Origin: Candidatus Thorarchaeota archaeon
Lineage (GTDB): Archaea > Asgardarchaeota > Thorarchaeia > Thorarchaeales > Thorarchaeaceae
Direction of reading: 5' to 3'
Assembly: GCA_030612005.1 (NCBI GenBank)
Contig: JAUWOU010000001.1
Span: 14,612 to 78,611, forward strand
DNA: 64,000 nt
This document shows, piece by piece, positions 9,686 through 20,784 of the stretch. How positions within the stretch are numbered: position 1 is the stretch's first letter; the number at the start of each line of letters is the position of its first letter. The translations under genes and the position numbers were made by a program. The notes below the pieces were generated by a model. It did not search any database. It was not told where the DNA came from and saw nothing but the letters and a program-made list of their open reading frames with translations.

Positions 9686-10380
9686 TGGTAGTTGCAGTAC
9701 TTCGCTTTCCGGGTACAAACAATGAGAACGATATTCTCCGAGCACTGTCTTTGATCGATGGTGCAAAACCAATCCTAGTTCCATCACGTAAAGGACTGGC
9801 AGGTCTTAAAGATGCAGATGGAATCGTGATTCCTGGAGGTTTCTCATATGGTGACTATCTCCGAGCTGGAGCAGTTGCTTCTGTCGAATCAATCACTGAG
9901 GGAGTAAGAAATCTAGCTGAGGACGGAAAGCCTGTAATAGGTATCTGTAATGGTTTTCAGATTTTATCAGAAATGGGTCTATTACCTGGAGCATTACTTC
10001 CTAACGATTCAGCTCGATTTGTATGCAAGTGGGTATACCTAAGAGTCAGTGACAATACTACTATGTTTACCGAAGGATTGGAAGGTTCACTCATTAGAAT
10101 ACCAATAGCACATGCTGAGGGCAACTATTATTGTTCTGATGATGAACTCGAGTCACTAAGAGATGAATTCAGAATCCCATTTAGATATTGTAATGAAGAT
10201 GGTGATGTAAATGATGCAGCCAATCCAAATGGGTCCATTGACAATATTGCAGGAATTGTAAATCAGAAAGGAAATGTTCTTGGATTGATGCCTCACCCAG
10301 AACGGGCGAGTAGACCAGTTCTAGGGTCTTCAGAGGGATTGGCAATATTAGAGAATTTTGTGAGGGCTACAAAATGCTGA
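9685..10380 (+). CDS. purQ: phosphoribosylformylglycinamidine synthase, glutaminase subunit PurQ
   Basis: Class I GATase: PGGFSYGDYLRAG, catalytic Cys in GICNGFQIL, HAEG / MPHPER C-terminal motifs. Start overlaps the purC::purS stop. Confidence 0.85.
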   Translation: MVVAVLRFPGTNNENDILRALSLIDGAKPILVPSRKGLAGLKDADGIVIPGGFSYGDYLRAGAVASVESITEGVRNLAEDGKPVIGICNGFQILSEMGLLPGALLPNDSARFVCKWVYLRVSDNTTMFTEGLEGSLIRIPIAHAEGNYYCSDDELESLRDEFRIPFRYCNEDGDVNDAANPNGSIDNIAGIVNQKGNVLGLMPHPERASRPVLGSSEGLAILENFVRATKC

Positions 10381-12542
10381 CCAAAGAAGAACTAGAACAT
10401 GCAAAGACTGTCTTGGGCCGAAAGCCAACTGAAACTGAATTGGGCATGTTAGATGTACTCTGGTCTGAACATTGTAGCTACAAGAGTAGCAAACGCTGGT
10501 TCTATCTATTCAAAACTGAGGGAGATAAAGTAGCACTTGGAATTGGTGAAGGCGCAGGGCTTGTCGACATAGGAGATGGATATCTCGCTGCCGTTGCAAT
10601 GGAATCTCACAATCACCCAAGTCAGATTGATCCTTACAATGGTGCAGCAACAGGAGTGGGAGGTATAATCAGAGATGTCATCTCCCAAGGGTGCAAAGCA
10701 GTTGGTCTAATGAATTGCCTTCGTTTTGGACACCCATCAAAACCACACAACGCCTACCTCTTGGAGAATGTAGTGCGAGGAATCTCTGAGTATGGGAACT
10801 CAGTCGGAATTCCAGTTGTTGGTGGGGAATTAGAATTTGATGATTCATATGATGATAATTGCTTGGTGAATGTTATTTGTGTAGGATGGGTAAAACCAGA
10901 AGAGGTTGTTAGAAGTTCAGCAAAAACACCAGGTCACCATCTTGTACTGTTTGGGTCCACCACTGGAAGAGATGGAATCGCAGGAGTAAGCTTCGCATCA
11001 GAAACCTTCTCGGATGAGGAGGAAGATAATCGAGGCGCAGTCCAAGTCGGAGACCCTCTTTCAAAGAAAATCGTGATAGATACACTCCAGGAACTTATTG
11101 AAGAGAAATTGCTAGAAGGTTTGCAGGACTTCGGCGGTGGAGGTATGACATCCGCTGCTGGTGAATTAGCCAAGGCTGGAGGAACTGGTGTTGAGATAGA
11201 CCTCGACAAAGTTCCACTTAGAGAAGTGGACATGAAACCATCTGAGATTGTGATTTCCGAATCGCAAGAGAGAATGCTTGCAATTGTTGCTCCTGAGAAT
11301 CTAGATAGAGTAAAATTATTGCTTGAGAAGAATGGTACACCGTACGGAATTATTGGCAAAGTTACTGATGATGGTCATTATACTGCCAAGTGGTACGGAG
11401 AAGAAAAGGCTCGGCTTCCAATTAGTTTGTTAGTTGAGGGATTTCCAGTACCCGAACGAATCGAAGGTAAGATTGCTGCACAACCAGAGTCAATGTCGTG
11501 GTTTAAGGAGCCTGAGGATTACAAAAAGAATCTGCTAGAATTGCTTGGTTCAGTCAATCTCTGTGATCGTTCTTGGGTCTATAGTCAATACGATCAACAT
11601 GTACAATCAAACACAGTTGTTGATCTTGGAGAAAATGGAGGAGTATTAGAATTTCCAAATAATCGGAAACTGGCATTCACAAGTGATTGTAACTCCTTCT
11701 GGTGCTTACTTGATCCTCAACAAGGAACGGCCAATTCTGCTTGTGAATCATTGCGCAACTTGGTTTCTATGGGAGCTACTCCAATCTTCATTGCGGATTG
11801 TCTTAATTTTGGAAATCCCGAGCGACCGGAATCTTATGGCCAATTCGTAGAGGCAGTGAGAGGTCTTGGTAGATTCTCAAATGATTTTGATATACCAATA
11901 GTTGGCGGGAATGTTTCGCTATATAATGAGGCTGAAGTTGATGGTGAAACGAAGAGGATTAATCCAACTCCTCAGATTATGATTGCAGGAATTTTCGAGA
12001 AAGGATTTACACCTATTCGCAGAAATCTGCTGTCCCCTTGGGCCAACATATTTCTAGTAGGAGAAACTCTTCCTGAACTCAACGGTAGCGAATACCAACG
12101 AATTGCAACTGGACAAGTGAAGGGAGTCCCACCAAGATACAGACCAGAGATTGAGAAACAATCAATGAATGTGATACAAGAAGCACACCAGAAGGGATTG
12201 ATTCGCTCATGCAATAATGTTGGGAGAGGTGGCATTGGAATAGGATTGATGAAGATGGCGCTTAGAAGTAAATATGGCTTCAAGTTAAATCTTGACTACA
12301 TTCCAGGAACTGCAAATAGTTTAGCTCAGAGACTCTACTCAGAAACTTCAGGCAGATACTTGGCAGAAGTTACTGAAAGCAATCAGGCAGAATTTTTGAA
12401 GATTATTGAAAAACACGGATCATCAGTCTGTGAACTTGGTCTCACTGTCAAAGAACCTGTTGCAGACTTTGGAATATTCTCACTTTCTATGGATGAAGCA
12501 CGAAAAGTGTTTTCGAATGGTTTGAAACAATATATGGAGTGA
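10374..12542 (+). CDS. purL: phosphoribosylformylglycinamidine synthase II (small PurL)
   Basis: 722 aa. Duplicated AIR-synthase-related domains ([28 protein letters not shown]). Consistent with a PurLQS system; 7-nt overlap with purQ. Confidence 0.9.
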   Translation: MLTKEELEHAKTVLGRKPTETELGMLDVLWSEHCSYKSSKRWFYLFKTEGDKVALGIGEGAGLVDIGDGYLAAVAMESHNHPSQIDPYNGAATGVGGIIRDVISQGCKAVGLMNCLRFGHPSKPHNAYLLENVVRGISEYGNSVGIPVVGGELEFDDSYDDNCLVNVICVGWVKPEEVVRSSAKTPGHHLVLFGSTTGRDGIAGVSFASETFSDEEEDNRGAVQVGDPLSKKIVIDTLQELIEEKLLEGLQDFGGGGMTSAAGELAKAGGTGVEIDLDKVPLREVDMKPSEIVISESQERMLAIVAPENLDRVKLLLEKNGTPYGIIGKVTDDGHYTAKWYGEEKARLPISLLVEGFPVPERIEGKIAAQPESMSWFKEPEDYKKNLLELLGSVNLCDRSWVYSQYDQHVQSNTVVDLGENGGVLEFPNNRKLAFTSDCNSFWCLLDPQQGTANSACESLRNLVSMGATPIFIADCLNFGNPERPESYGQFVEAVRGLGRFSNDFDIPIVGGNVSLYNEAEVDGETKRINPTPQIMIAGIFEKGFTPIRRNLLSPWANIFLVGETLPELNGSEYQRIATGQVKGVPPRYRPEIEKQSMNVIQEAHQKGLIRSCNNVGRGGIGIGLMKMALRSKYGFKLNLDYIPGTANSLAQRLYSETSGRYLAEVTESNQAEFLKIIEKHGSSVCELGLTVKEPVADFGIFSLSMDEARKVFSNGLKQYME

Positions 12543-12549
12543 TTCAAAG

Positions 12550-13983
12550 ATGGCGGATGTGTTAATCATTGCAGGAAGCAAGAGTGACGAAGCGATTGTC
12601 AAGAAGACAACGACAGTCCTTGATGAACTCAGAATTAGTTATGATATTGCTTATGCATCTGCACACAGAGACCCTGACAGAGTAAAATTCATTGTCACAA
12701 GTAGTGAAGCCAAAGTAATGATTGCAATTGCAGGACTTGCTGCAGCGCTTCCGGGTGTTGTGGCATCACAAACTGATAAACCTGTAATTGGAGTTCCTGT
12801 CAAAGTGGCTCTCGATGGCCTTGATGCACTTCTATCAATCATGCAGATGCCGAAGGGGGTTCCCGTAGCCACAGTTGGTATTGATAATGGTCAGAATGCT
12901 GCACACCTTGCCGCTCGTATCCTGGGGATTTCAAAGCAAAGCAACAAAGTCCCGAAAACATATGCAGAAGCAGGTGTCGATGAAACCCTCGTTTCAAGAG
13001 GTTTGGCGACCTTAGGAAAGTATGTGAGAGAATCTTTCAAGCAGGGAGAGGTTATGCAGGATTATGGCCATTATGCGAATACTGTCAAAATCTCTGACAA
13101 TCTCTGTTTAGCCATGTCAACTGATGGAGTAGGCAGCAAGGTATTAGTCGCGGAAATGGCTGGAAAGTATGACACCATTGGAATAGATTGTGTTGCAATG
13201 AATGTGAATGATCTAATCTGTATAGGTGCAACTCCTGTTGGTTTTGTTGATTATCTTGCTTCAGAAGAACCACTTCCAGTAGAGATCATTGATGGGATTG
13301 GTAAAGGTCTCCTCGACGCATGCGTTGAGTCTGAGATACCAATACTGGGTGGAGAAACCGCGATTCTCCCAGATATGATTAGAGGATTGAATGGACCAGG
13401 TCTAGACCTTGCAGGTACAGCTGTAGGAATTGCTAAACCAGACGAGCTCTTTGATGGATCAAGTATCCAAACAGGAGATGTAATTCTTGGAGTCGCATCA
13501 AATGGCATCCATTCAAATGGATTCACTCTTGCTCGAAAAGTCCTCTTCTCCAAATTCAGCATAAATGACAAACTCGCTTGGAATGTAACTCTTGGTAATG
13601 AGCTGCTCCGACCAACGCGAGTCTACGTTAAACACTTCAAGGACCTTAAGGAAGCAGGAATCAATATCAAAGGTCTCGCTCATATCACTGGTTCAGGTTT
13701 TCGGAAAATCCTGAGGCTTGGTCAGTTCATATTTTCAATAGAAGAGCTTCCAGAGATTCCGCCAATCTTCGAATTAATTAAAACAACTGGCGATATTGAC
13801 TGGCAGGAAATGTTTACGACTTTCAACATGGGGATTGGACTGGTAGTTGTTGTTCCTTCATCACAGGCCGATCAAGCATTATCAGCCCTTTTAAAAAGTG
13901 ATAGAGCTTATCGACTAGGAGTTATCGAGAAGTCAAAGAAAGGAGTAGTTGAAATAAAACAGTATGAGGTTAAGATTGAATGA
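12550..13983 (+). CDS. purM: PurE (N5-CAIR mutase / AIR carboxylase) fused to PurM (AIR synthetase)
   Basis: Residues 1-135 match PurE ([61 protein letters not shown]). The rest matches PurM ([30 protein letters not shown]). Single uninterrupted ORF. Confidence 0.85.
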   Translation: MADVLIIAGSKSDEAIVKKTTTVLDELRISYDIAYASAHRDPDRVKFIVTSSEAKVMIAIAGLAAALPGVVASQTDKPVIGVPVKVALDGLDALLSIMQMPKGVPVATVGIDNGQNAAHLAARILGISKQSNKVPKTYAEAGVDETLVSRGLATLGKYVRESFKQGEVMQDYGHYANTVKISDNLCLAMSTDGVGSKVLVAEMAGKYDTIGIDCVAMNVNDLICIGATPVGFVDYLASEEPLPVEIIDGIGKGLLDACVESEIPILGGETAILPDMIRGLNGPGLDLAGTAVGIAKPDELFDGSSIQTGDVILGVASNGIHSNGFTLARKVLFSKFSINDKLAWNVTLGNELLRPTRVYVKHFKDLKEAGINIKGLAHITGSGFRKILRLGQFIFSIEELPEIPPIFELIKTTGDIDWQEMFTTFNMGIGLVVVVPSSQADQALSALLKSDRAYRLGVIEKSKKGVVEIKQYEVKIE

Positions 13984-15227
13984 CAAAAGTATTGCTCATC
14001 GGAAGTAGCGCTAGAGAGCATGCAATTGCTATGGCACTGACTCACTCAGATGTGGAGATTCATGCACATATGGAGAGGAAAAATCCAGGAATTGCTAAAC
14101 TATGCAAAGAATTCACAATAGGTTCAACAACTGTAATTAAGCAGTTTCCGAGCCTATTTGGGTTTGATTATGCAATCATCGGACCAGAAGCACCACTAGA
14201 TGTAGGAATTTCAGACTTCATTACATCTCAGGGAGTACCTTGTATTGCACCAAGCAAAGCAGCAGCTTTGATTGAAACAAGCAAGTCCTTTGCGCGAATA
14301 GTGATTGACCAAACCACACCTAAGGCCAATCCAAGTTTCAAAATAGCAAGAAGTGTAGACGACCTTCGCAGATTCGAGAAGAAAATTGGCGTGGAAAACA
14401 TGGTTGTAAAACCAAACGGTCTCACTGGAGGAAAAGGAGTGAAAATATTTGGCGAGCATCTCAACTCTCGTGACGAATTGGAACGCTACGCAATTGACCT
14501 TCTCATCAAGACAGGTGTCGTAGTGTTAGAAGAGAAACTAGAGGGAACTGAGTTTACTCTGCAGGCATTTTCAGATGGAGAACACCTTGAATTTATGCCC
14601 TTAGTGAGAGACTACAAACGAGCATATGATGGTGATGCAGGACCGAATACAGGTTCTATGGGATCATTTTCTACACCGGATCATGGGCTACCATATGTCA
14701 CACCTGAAGATCTAGAGAGTGCAAAAGAAATCATGAATGCAACTCTGATTGGTATTAAGAAGAAAGCAGGTTCAGTGTTCAAAGGAATTCTTTATGGCCA
14801 ATTCATGAAGACAGACTCTGGAATCAAGGTTATTGAGTTCAATGCTCGATTTGGTGATCCTGAAGCAATGAATGTCTTGTCAGTGCTTTCAACATCAATG
14901 GATGAAATATGTCAAGGAATTATTGACGGAAATCTTGGGCAGGTACAATTTGAGAATAAGGCAACAGTATGCGTGTACATTGTCCCTGAAGGATATCCAG
15001 GTCCAGATGTAGTGAAGGATAGTCCCTTGGACCTTAGTGTTGCAACCACTGCAGAGTTGTACCATGCGTCAGTGTATGAGAAAGACGGTCAAATTCTGAC
15101 AACAGGTAGCAGAGCAATTGGAGTTCTTGGCAAAGCTGATACTGTTGCTCAAGCCAGGGAAATAGCTTATTCTAACGCGTCACGTATCAAAGGGAAAGTA
15201 CGGTTCAGATCAGATATAGCACAATAG
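13980..15227 (+). CDS. purD: phosphoribosylamine-glycine ligase (PurD)
   Basis: [21 protein letters not shown]-terminus. ATP-grasp body ([24 protein letters not shown]). The ATGA overlap with the upstream stop indicates coupling. Confidence 0.85.
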   Translation: MTKVLLIGSSAREHAIAMALTHSDVEIHAHMERKNPGIAKLCKEFTIGSTTVIKQFPSLFGFDYAIIGPEAPLDVGISDFITSQGVPCIAPSKAAALIETSKSFARIVIDQTTPKANPSFKIARSVDDLRRFEKKIGVENMVVKPNGLTGGKGVKIFGEHLNSRDELERYAIDLLIKTGVVVLEEKLEGTEFTLQAFSDGEHLEFMPLVRDYKRAYDGDAGPNTGSMGSFSTPDHGLPYVTPEDLESAKEIMNATLIGIKKKAGSVFKGILYGQFMKTDSGIKVIEFNARFGDPEAMNVLSVLSTSMDEICQGIIDGNLGQVQFENKATVCVYIVPEGYPGPDVVKDSPLDLSVATTAELYHASVYEKDGQILTTGSRAIGVLGKADTVAQAREIAYSNASRIKGKVRFRSDIAQ

Positions 15228-15263
15228 AGGGAGGAGCCTAAAGTTACAGCAAGTGAACGAGTT

Positions 15264-16805
15264 TTGGTCATAGATTATGGAGGGCAATATGCCCATCTGA
15301 TTTCCAGACGCTGTAGAGAATTGGGTGTATTTGCCTTGATAATTCCTCAAGATACTCCGCTTAATGATAAACTCCTCAGAAATGTCAAAGGAATAATTCT
15401 TTCAGGAGGTCCCCGAACCGTCACTGATGATGACATCGGGACTGTATTTTCAGATAATCTAGAAATGATCACTGCGCAAAATATCAAAGTCCTTGGGATA
15501 TGCTTTGGACACCAGCTACTTGCGGTACATTTTGGAGGTGATCTTGGTCACGAGGGAAATCCAGAATACGGGCAGACAGAAGTTGAAGTTGTTGATTCGT
15601 CGGTCCTTGTGAGTGGACTTCAAAAGAAACAACAAGTCTGGATGAGCCACAGCGATGAGGTCAATAAACTTCCTAATGGAATGAAAGCATTGGTCATAAG
15701 TGGAGAAGGAAGGATTGCTGCATTCGCGAACTCAGATGATTCAATTTTTGGAGTACAATTTCACCCTGAAGTAACTCATACACCAAATGGACTCACAATT
15801 CTTCAAGCATTCCTTCGTAAGATTTGTGATTACGAAGACAATTGGAAACCTGAGAACCAGATTGGAGACATCATCGGGTATGTGAATGATACTGTTGGTG
15901 AGTCACGAGTTTTGTTGGGAACTAGCGGAGGTGTTGACTCAACTGTAGTCGCATATTTGATCAGGCAAGCTATTGGCTCGCGTCTTTACTGTGTTTTTGT
16001 AGATAATGGGCTTCTTAGAAAAGGAGAAAGAGATGAAGTTGTTGCGGCATTCGATGAGATGGGTTTCGAGCATTTCGTTGCTATTGACGCCGCGGATGAG
16101 TTTATTGATGCGCTAGAAGGGATCGAGGACCCTGAAGAAAAAAGGAAAATCATTGCGGACAAATTCATTGAGGTCTTTGAACGGAAAGCAAAGGAACTAG
16201 AAAATGAATATGGAAAGTTCGAATTCTTAGGGCAAGGTACAATCTATCCGGATCGAGTTGAAAGTGCAGCAACTGGCAAAGCCACTGCAGTAATCAAAAG
16301 CCATCACAACGTAAGACTACCAGATTGGATGAAATTGAAATTGGTAGAACCATTAAGAGATCTATACAAAGACGAAGTAAGACAGGTAGGTTTCAAAATA
16401 GATATTCCAAAGCATATGATAACAAGGCAACCCTTCCCGGGACCATCATTAGCAATCAGAATCAGTGGTCCAGTAACTCATGACCAGTTAGCCATACTCC
16501 GTCACGCAGATTCAATTTTGCAGGAAGTTATCGAAAACGAATCTTTCTACCCAGAAATTTGGCAATCCTTCTGTGTTCTACTGCCAGTGAGAACTGTCGG
16601 AGTTATGGGAGATGAAAGAACATATGATCAGGCAGTAGTCATTAGGATGGTCGAGAGTTTAGACGCAATGACAGCATCAGTCAGTACTCCCCCATGGGAA
16701 GTGCTACTCCAAGCTGCTTCCAGAATAGCTAATGAAGTGAAGGGTATCAATCGAGTGGTTTACGATTTAACTTCCAAGCCACCGGGTACGATTGAATGGT
16801 ACTGA
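15264..16805 (+). CDS. guaA: GMP synthase (glutamine-hydrolysing), GATase + ATP-pyrophosphatase domains
   Basis: VIDYGGQYAHLISRRCRELG, catalytic GICFGHQLL, PP-loop SGGVDSTV, C-terminal dimerisation domain ending ...PPGTIEWY. TTG start. Confidence 0.9.
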   Translation: MVIDYGGQYAHLISRRCRELGVFALIIPQDTPLNDKLLRNVKGIILSGGPRTVTDDDIGTVFSDNLEMITAQNIKVLGICFGHQLLAVHFGGDLGHEGNPEYGQTEVEVVDSSVLVSGLQKKQQVWMSHSDEVNKLPNGMKALVISGEGRIAAFANSDDSIFGVQFHPEVTHTPNGLTILQAFLRKICDYEDNWKPENQIGDIIGYVNDTVGESRVLLGTSGGVDSTVVAYLIRQAIGSRLYCVFVDNGLLRKGERDEVVAAFDEMGFEHFVAIDAADEFIDALEGIEDPEEKRKIIADKFIEVFERKAKELENEYGKFEFLGQGTIYPDRVESAATGKATAVIKSHHNVRLPDWMKLKLVEPLRDLYKDEVRQVGFKIDIPKHMITRQPFPGPSLAIRISGPVTHDQLAILRHADSILQEVIENESFYPEIWQSFCVLLPVRTVGVMGDERTYDQAVVIRMVESLDAMTASVSTPPWEVLLQAASRIANEVKGINRVVYDLTSKPPGTIEWY

Positions 16806-16885
16806 TAACTATCAATACTTGGTACTATTTGGATTTCACAAACTATACGGAAGGAATATGTAGACCTGTAAAGAAGCATTAAAGG

Positions 16886-18031
16886 ATGAGAGGTAAACTA
16901 GTTTATCCGTATTCCGACACACTTCTCGATTACGAGTTCAGTCAAGAACATCCACTAAAACCTGAAAGATTGAAATTGACATATCTTCTCTCTGAGCAAC
17001 TTGGACTCTTAGACAAGGCGGATGTAATTGAACCGACACCTGCAACCAGAACAGACCTCGAGCTTTTTCATTCAGTAGAATTCATTGATTCTGTTCAGAA
17101 ATGCGGAGAGGAGTTATCTTCAGATTATCAACATGGAATAGGAACACCTGACAATCCTGTTTTTCCAAAGATATACGAAACCGGAGCAAAATACGTTGGC
17201 GCGACATTAGATGCAATGAAGCGCATTATTGATGGAGCATCTAACGCATTCTGTATTTCTGGAGGGTTGCATCATGCACATCGAAGTGCAGCTTCAGGTT
17301 TCTGTATTTTCAATGACGTGGCAATTGCAATCAATCACCTTCAGAAGAAGAAAGACTGTAAGATCCTTTACCTTGATATCGACGCTCATCACGGAGACGG
17401 AGTTCAGAATGCATTCTACAGGTCCAAGGATGTCATGACCATCTCAATCCATCAGACTGGAAAAACACTCTTTCCTGGAACAGGTTTTGTTTATGAAACA
17501 GGGGGAGCAGAGGGCACTGGATATGCAGTGAATATACCAGTTATCCCTGGTGCCGGAAGTCTTGAGTTGATTAAGGTGCATGACGAGATTGTGACACCTC
17601 TCATTGAATCATTCAAGCCAGATTTACTTGTTACACAGCTTGGTGTTGATGGTCACTACATGGACCCACTTGCTCATCTTGCATATACATCACATGGATA
17701 TGAAACAGTCCTTAATAGTCTAAGAAACCTCTCTTCTGACTTGTGCAAAATTGGATGGCTTGCTGTTGGTGGAGGTGGTTACCATCCAGTCAATGTTGCA
17801 AGGTTATGGACTATATTTCTAGCAGTCATCTTGGATGAGAAAATCCCTGAAAAGATTCCGGAAGAATTTAAGACATCGTGCGAGTCTATGGGTTTCTCAG
17901 AATGTCCAGAAAAGATGCGTGATGAAGATGATATTGTGCAGTTGTACTTTTCACCAGAGGAAGTTTCTCTTGATCTCGATAGAACGATTAGAAGAGTGAA
18001 AGAGCTAATTTTCCCCTACCATGGTCTCTAA
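16886..18031 (+). CDS. histone deacetylase / acetoin-utilisation AcuC family (class I/II HDAC superfamily)
   Basis: HDAC motifs GFCIFNDVAIAI, DIDAHHGDG, SIHQ...FPGTG, GGGGY. Confidence 0.8.
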   Translation: MRGKLVYPYSDTLLDYEFSQEHPLKPERLKLTYLLSEQLGLLDKADVIEPTPATRTDLELFHSVEFIDSVQKCGEELSSDYQHGIGTPDNPVFPKIYETGAKYVGATLDAMKRIIDGASNAFCISGGLHHAHRSAASGFCIFNDVAIAINHLQKKKDCKILYLDIDAHHGDGVQNAFYRSKDVMTISIHQTGKTLFPGTGFVYETGGAEGTGYAVNIPVIPGAGSLELIKVHDEIVTPLIESFKPDLLVTQLGVDGHYMDPLAHLAYTSHGYETVLNSLRNLSSDLCKIGWLAVGGGGYHPVNVARLWTIFLAVILDEKIPEKIPEEFKTSCESMGFSECPEKMRDEDDIVQLYFSPEEVSLDLDRTIRRVKELIFPYHGL

Positions 18032-18660
18032 TCATTATCAGTAATTTGAATGTCGATCCATTTTCGAATCATCTTCACGACAAGATCAGAAGCGGTTGCC
18101 ATAATGATTGTGTCTGCATCTTCTGACAGTATTGATGACGGATCAATACCAGAACGAGCAACACGCAAAAGGGATGGATAGCATAACAATCCCAACCCTT
18201 CAACAATATCTGATGAATCCTCACCCTCAATCGTAATCTCTGAACCCAGTAGATCGGGAGGAGAAATTTTTGAGTCGCTGTCAAGAGATGTAAGAAGAAT
18301 ATCGAGCTTGCCAAGAATTACTACATTTGATTCTATACATTCATCAAACACTTCTGGCATACCCTTGTGAAATACAATCGATACCTCTTCATCAGTATCT
18401 GTGGTTTTAAAACAAATGCCAATATCCTTGAACGAGTCATCTGTTGCGGTCATGTAATTCTCAAATTCGCGCTCGGAGATTTCAGTCAATATCTGTGCAC
18501 GATCAACACCGACATTCAACGCTGCACGACATCCATCAACAACTGGACCCAAGTACTCCATTAACATGAAACGGTCCTTTTCAATATCTTGAGCGATTTG
18601 ACGTAATCGCTTCTCTAAGGTGATGTATTTCTCATCTTTATCGTCAATCAAGGTTCTCAC
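18028..18660 (-). CDS. hypothetical acidic protein, 210 aa
   Basis: Clean ORF convergent with the HDAC gene (4-nt overlap of ends). No recognisable motif. Confidence 0.4.
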   Translation of the reverse strand: MRTLIDDKDEKYITLEKRLRQIAQDIEKDRFMLMEYLGPVVDGCRAALNVGVDRAQILTEISEREFENYMTATDDSFKDIGICFKTTDTDEEVSIVFHKGMPEVFDECIESNVVILGKLDILLTSLDSDSKISPPDLLGSEITIEGEDSSDIVEGLGLLCYPSLLRVARSGIDPSSILSEDADTIIMATASDLVVKMIRKWIDIQITDND

Positions 18661-18744
18661 TCAGAAAGAACTTGAGTTTCCATATAGAGGTAGTGTTGAA
18701 ACCAACTTAACCCATCCTACATTAACTGAAAAGGAATTATCCAC

Positions 18745-19524
18745 TTGAATATTCAACAACGAGGTGTTAGGATGACTACCGATATTCACACACATCTAGG
18801 AACAAGCCCTAATGAAGTCATGAATGTCAACAAGGATAACCTTACTGAACAGGTAGACATGCTGATTTCAAGGATGGATATGTTTGCTATCGACCAGGCA
18901 GTTCTTACACCCGATGAACCACTAATCAAGACGGACCTATATCTGAAAGCTGCTATGATTTACCCAGATAGATTGTACTGTGCTTGCTCTATTACACCTC
19001 GTCCTATTGATACTGCCAAAGCAAAACTTTCTGAGTACATTGACAAGGGATGTTGTGCACTCGTTCTAAGCGGTGATTCGTATCATCCTAGTGACCCTGC
19101 AGCTCGTGTACTTGTTCATAATGCAGTTAGACAAGATCTACCAATTTTCTTTCGGAACGAAAATGTAACAAGTGAAACAGTTATATTCTTAGATTCAATT
19201 TCAACTGTGTATCAAGAGGGTAAGTTTGTCGTTCTAAGTATGGGAGGGTTATTTGGATTTCCCCATTTGATTCCCTTAATTAAGCGACAAAACATGTGGT
19301 TAGAACTTTCATCCACATTCATCAAATTAGTGGAATCACCACTTAGAGTATATCTAGATGCACTAATTCAAGATATAGGGGTTTCAAAACTAGTATTCGG
19401 TTCCGGATATCACAGTCAATATGTGGATATGTTAGGAGCTCTAAATCTTATTGATCTAAATATTGAAACTCGTAGGCTTGTAATGGAAGAGAATGCATGG
19501 CGAATCTTAGGTTTAAAGTTCTGA
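18745..19524 (+). CDS. amidohydrolase-family metal-dependent TIM-barrel hydrolase (putative)
   Basis: N-terminal DIHTHLG metal-binding motif and overall size typical of amidohydrolase-2/TatD-like proteins. Weak. Confidence 0.45.
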   Translation: MNIQQRGVRMTTDIHTHLGTSPNEVMNVNKDNLTEQVDMLISRMDMFAIDQAVLTPDEPLIKTDLYLKAAMIYPDRLYCACSITPRPIDTAKAKLSEYIDKGCCALVLSGDSYHPSDPAARVLVHNAVRQDLPIFFRNENVTSETVIFLDSISTVYQEGKFVVLSMGGLFGFPHLIPLIKRQNMWLELSSTFIKLVESPLRVYLDALIQDIGVSKLVFGSGYHSQYVDMLGALNLIDLNIETRRLVMEENAWRILGLKF

Positions 19525-19542
19525 CTTTGCTATAGAATGGTA

Positions 19543-19878
19543 TTAGCCCATCAGTACTGTTTCGTGAACAAGCCGCTCGATATCTTCCGGGCAAGGTAGA
19601 CCAATCATCTGAGATTTTCCCACCTGAATCATTGGAAGTGCAACTAAGTTCAAAGCTTCAATCAATGCAGGTTGATCATCAACTGAGGTTTCTACAACTT
19701 CAATAGGACTCCCAAGATACGCAATTCTACCAGCTGCATTCCTTGCAATTTCCAATGCTTCTTCACAAAATGAACAATATTCACTAGTGAACACATCGAT
19801 ACGCAGACTTTTAGACTCCTCAGAAACAGATCCAAGGTCTCTTAATACTCTGCGTTTGGAATTTATCCTTCGTTGCAT
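19543..19878 (-). CDS. glutaredoxin/thioredoxin-fold small redox protein
   Basis: 111 aa, CxxC active site (EYCSFCEEA) in a thioredoxin-fold context. Last gene of a minus-strand cluster. Confidence 0.55.
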   Translation of the reverse strand: MQRRINSKRRVLRDLGSVSEESKSLRIDVFTSEYCSFCEEALEIARNAAGRIAYLGSPIEVVETSVDDQPALIEALNLVALPMIQVGKSQMIGLPCPEDIERLVHETVLMG

Positions 19879-19910
19879 TATTTAGTCTCCTCTGGAACTG
19901 CGTCAAGATT

Positions 19911-20183
19911 TCATTCAGCGAAAGTAGGGGGTTTTAGGCGGACGTGTTCTGAAACGGAGTCAATAAATCTGAGAGGAATTGCCTCCCAAGAATTTATTTT
20001 TGTTTCCAAATCTCCGCTTCGATCAACAATGACCAGTGGACCTTCACTATCATCGTACCAAATCTTTTTCACTCGTCCCAATGGAAAACCTCTGAAGTCA
20101 CAAACAATCTTCCCTTTCAGTAGCCATTTCATCTCATCTGATTCCATAGTCCTCAACACTATTGGACAGGTGCAAATGAACAA
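19911..20183 (-). CDS. PRC-barrel domain protein (putative)
   Basis: 90 aa. KGKIVCDFRGFPLGRVKKIWYDDSEGPLVIVDRSG...EAIPLRFIDSV resembles the archaeal PRC-barrel pattern. Preferred over the overlapping + strand ORF 19873..20217. Confidence 0.4.
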   Translation of the reverse strand: MFICTCPIVLRTMESDEMKWLLKGKIVCDFRGFPLGRVKKIWYDDSEGPLVIVDRSGDLETKINSWEAIPLRFIDSVSEHVRLKPPTFAE

Positions 20184-20248
20184 GAGCGTGTGTACAACCG
20201 TGGCAATCCTAGCGTAACACTAAGTCGGGATGAAAAATCAAACCACTT

Positions 20249-20779
20249 CTAGATTATTAGTTGTGCAACAATCGTAATTCCTAGAAGCCAGTTCAATAAA
20301 ATCGGGAAAATCAACCAAGTTAGATAGTTACCAAACGGTGCTGTAAATCTATTCACTTGAGAAGGTATGAATTTGAAAAACCCACCATCAACCGAGGTCC
20401 ATCGCCACATACCATATTTCGCGCTTAGCAGTGGTTCTATGGCGATAACATCAAGAGATGCCAATAAAATACCAGACATAAGAAGAGCTTGCAAACCAAC
20501 TAAACCAATTGCCAGTGAAAATAATAGTGCTCCTTGAATTAGAACCACCCACATGAGCGGGATCCAAATTGGTACACGTCCAACAAAAGCCCCGTTAATG
20601 TTGGTATAGTGGTAGTAACCCCTTCCTGAAATATAATGTTCACCTACAGAAGCAACAATCAGGATAGCTACTGTCTGTATAATTGAATGAAATCCATATA
20701 GAGTCCATAGTGGTGTGAGTGTTATGACACCCAGAAATACAAATAGAAAAGTAAGAGAAGCTCCAATATACCGCGACAT
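20249..20779 (-). CDS. integral membrane protein (5-6 TM), unknown function
   Basis: Highly hydrophobic 176-aa ORF, 5 nt downstream of the wHTH gene on the same strand. Confidence 0.45.
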   Translation of the reverse strand: MSRYIGASLTFLFVFLGVITLTPLWTLYGFHSIIQTVAILIVASVGEHYISGRGYYHYTNINGAFVGRVPIWIPLMWVVLIQGALLFSLAIGLVGLQALLMSGILLASLDVIAIEPLLSAKYGMWRWTSVDGGFFKFIPSQVNRFTAPFGNYLTWLIFPILLNWLLGITIVAQLII

Positions 20780-20784
20780 TAGTA

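Noticed and set aside
19873-20217. Plus-strand 114-aa ORF overlapping the PRC-barrel gene
   Set aside because: Its product is S/T/low-complexity rich, whereas the minus-strand frame gives a PRC-barrel-like sequence embedded in a same-strand gene cluster. I called the minus ORF instead.
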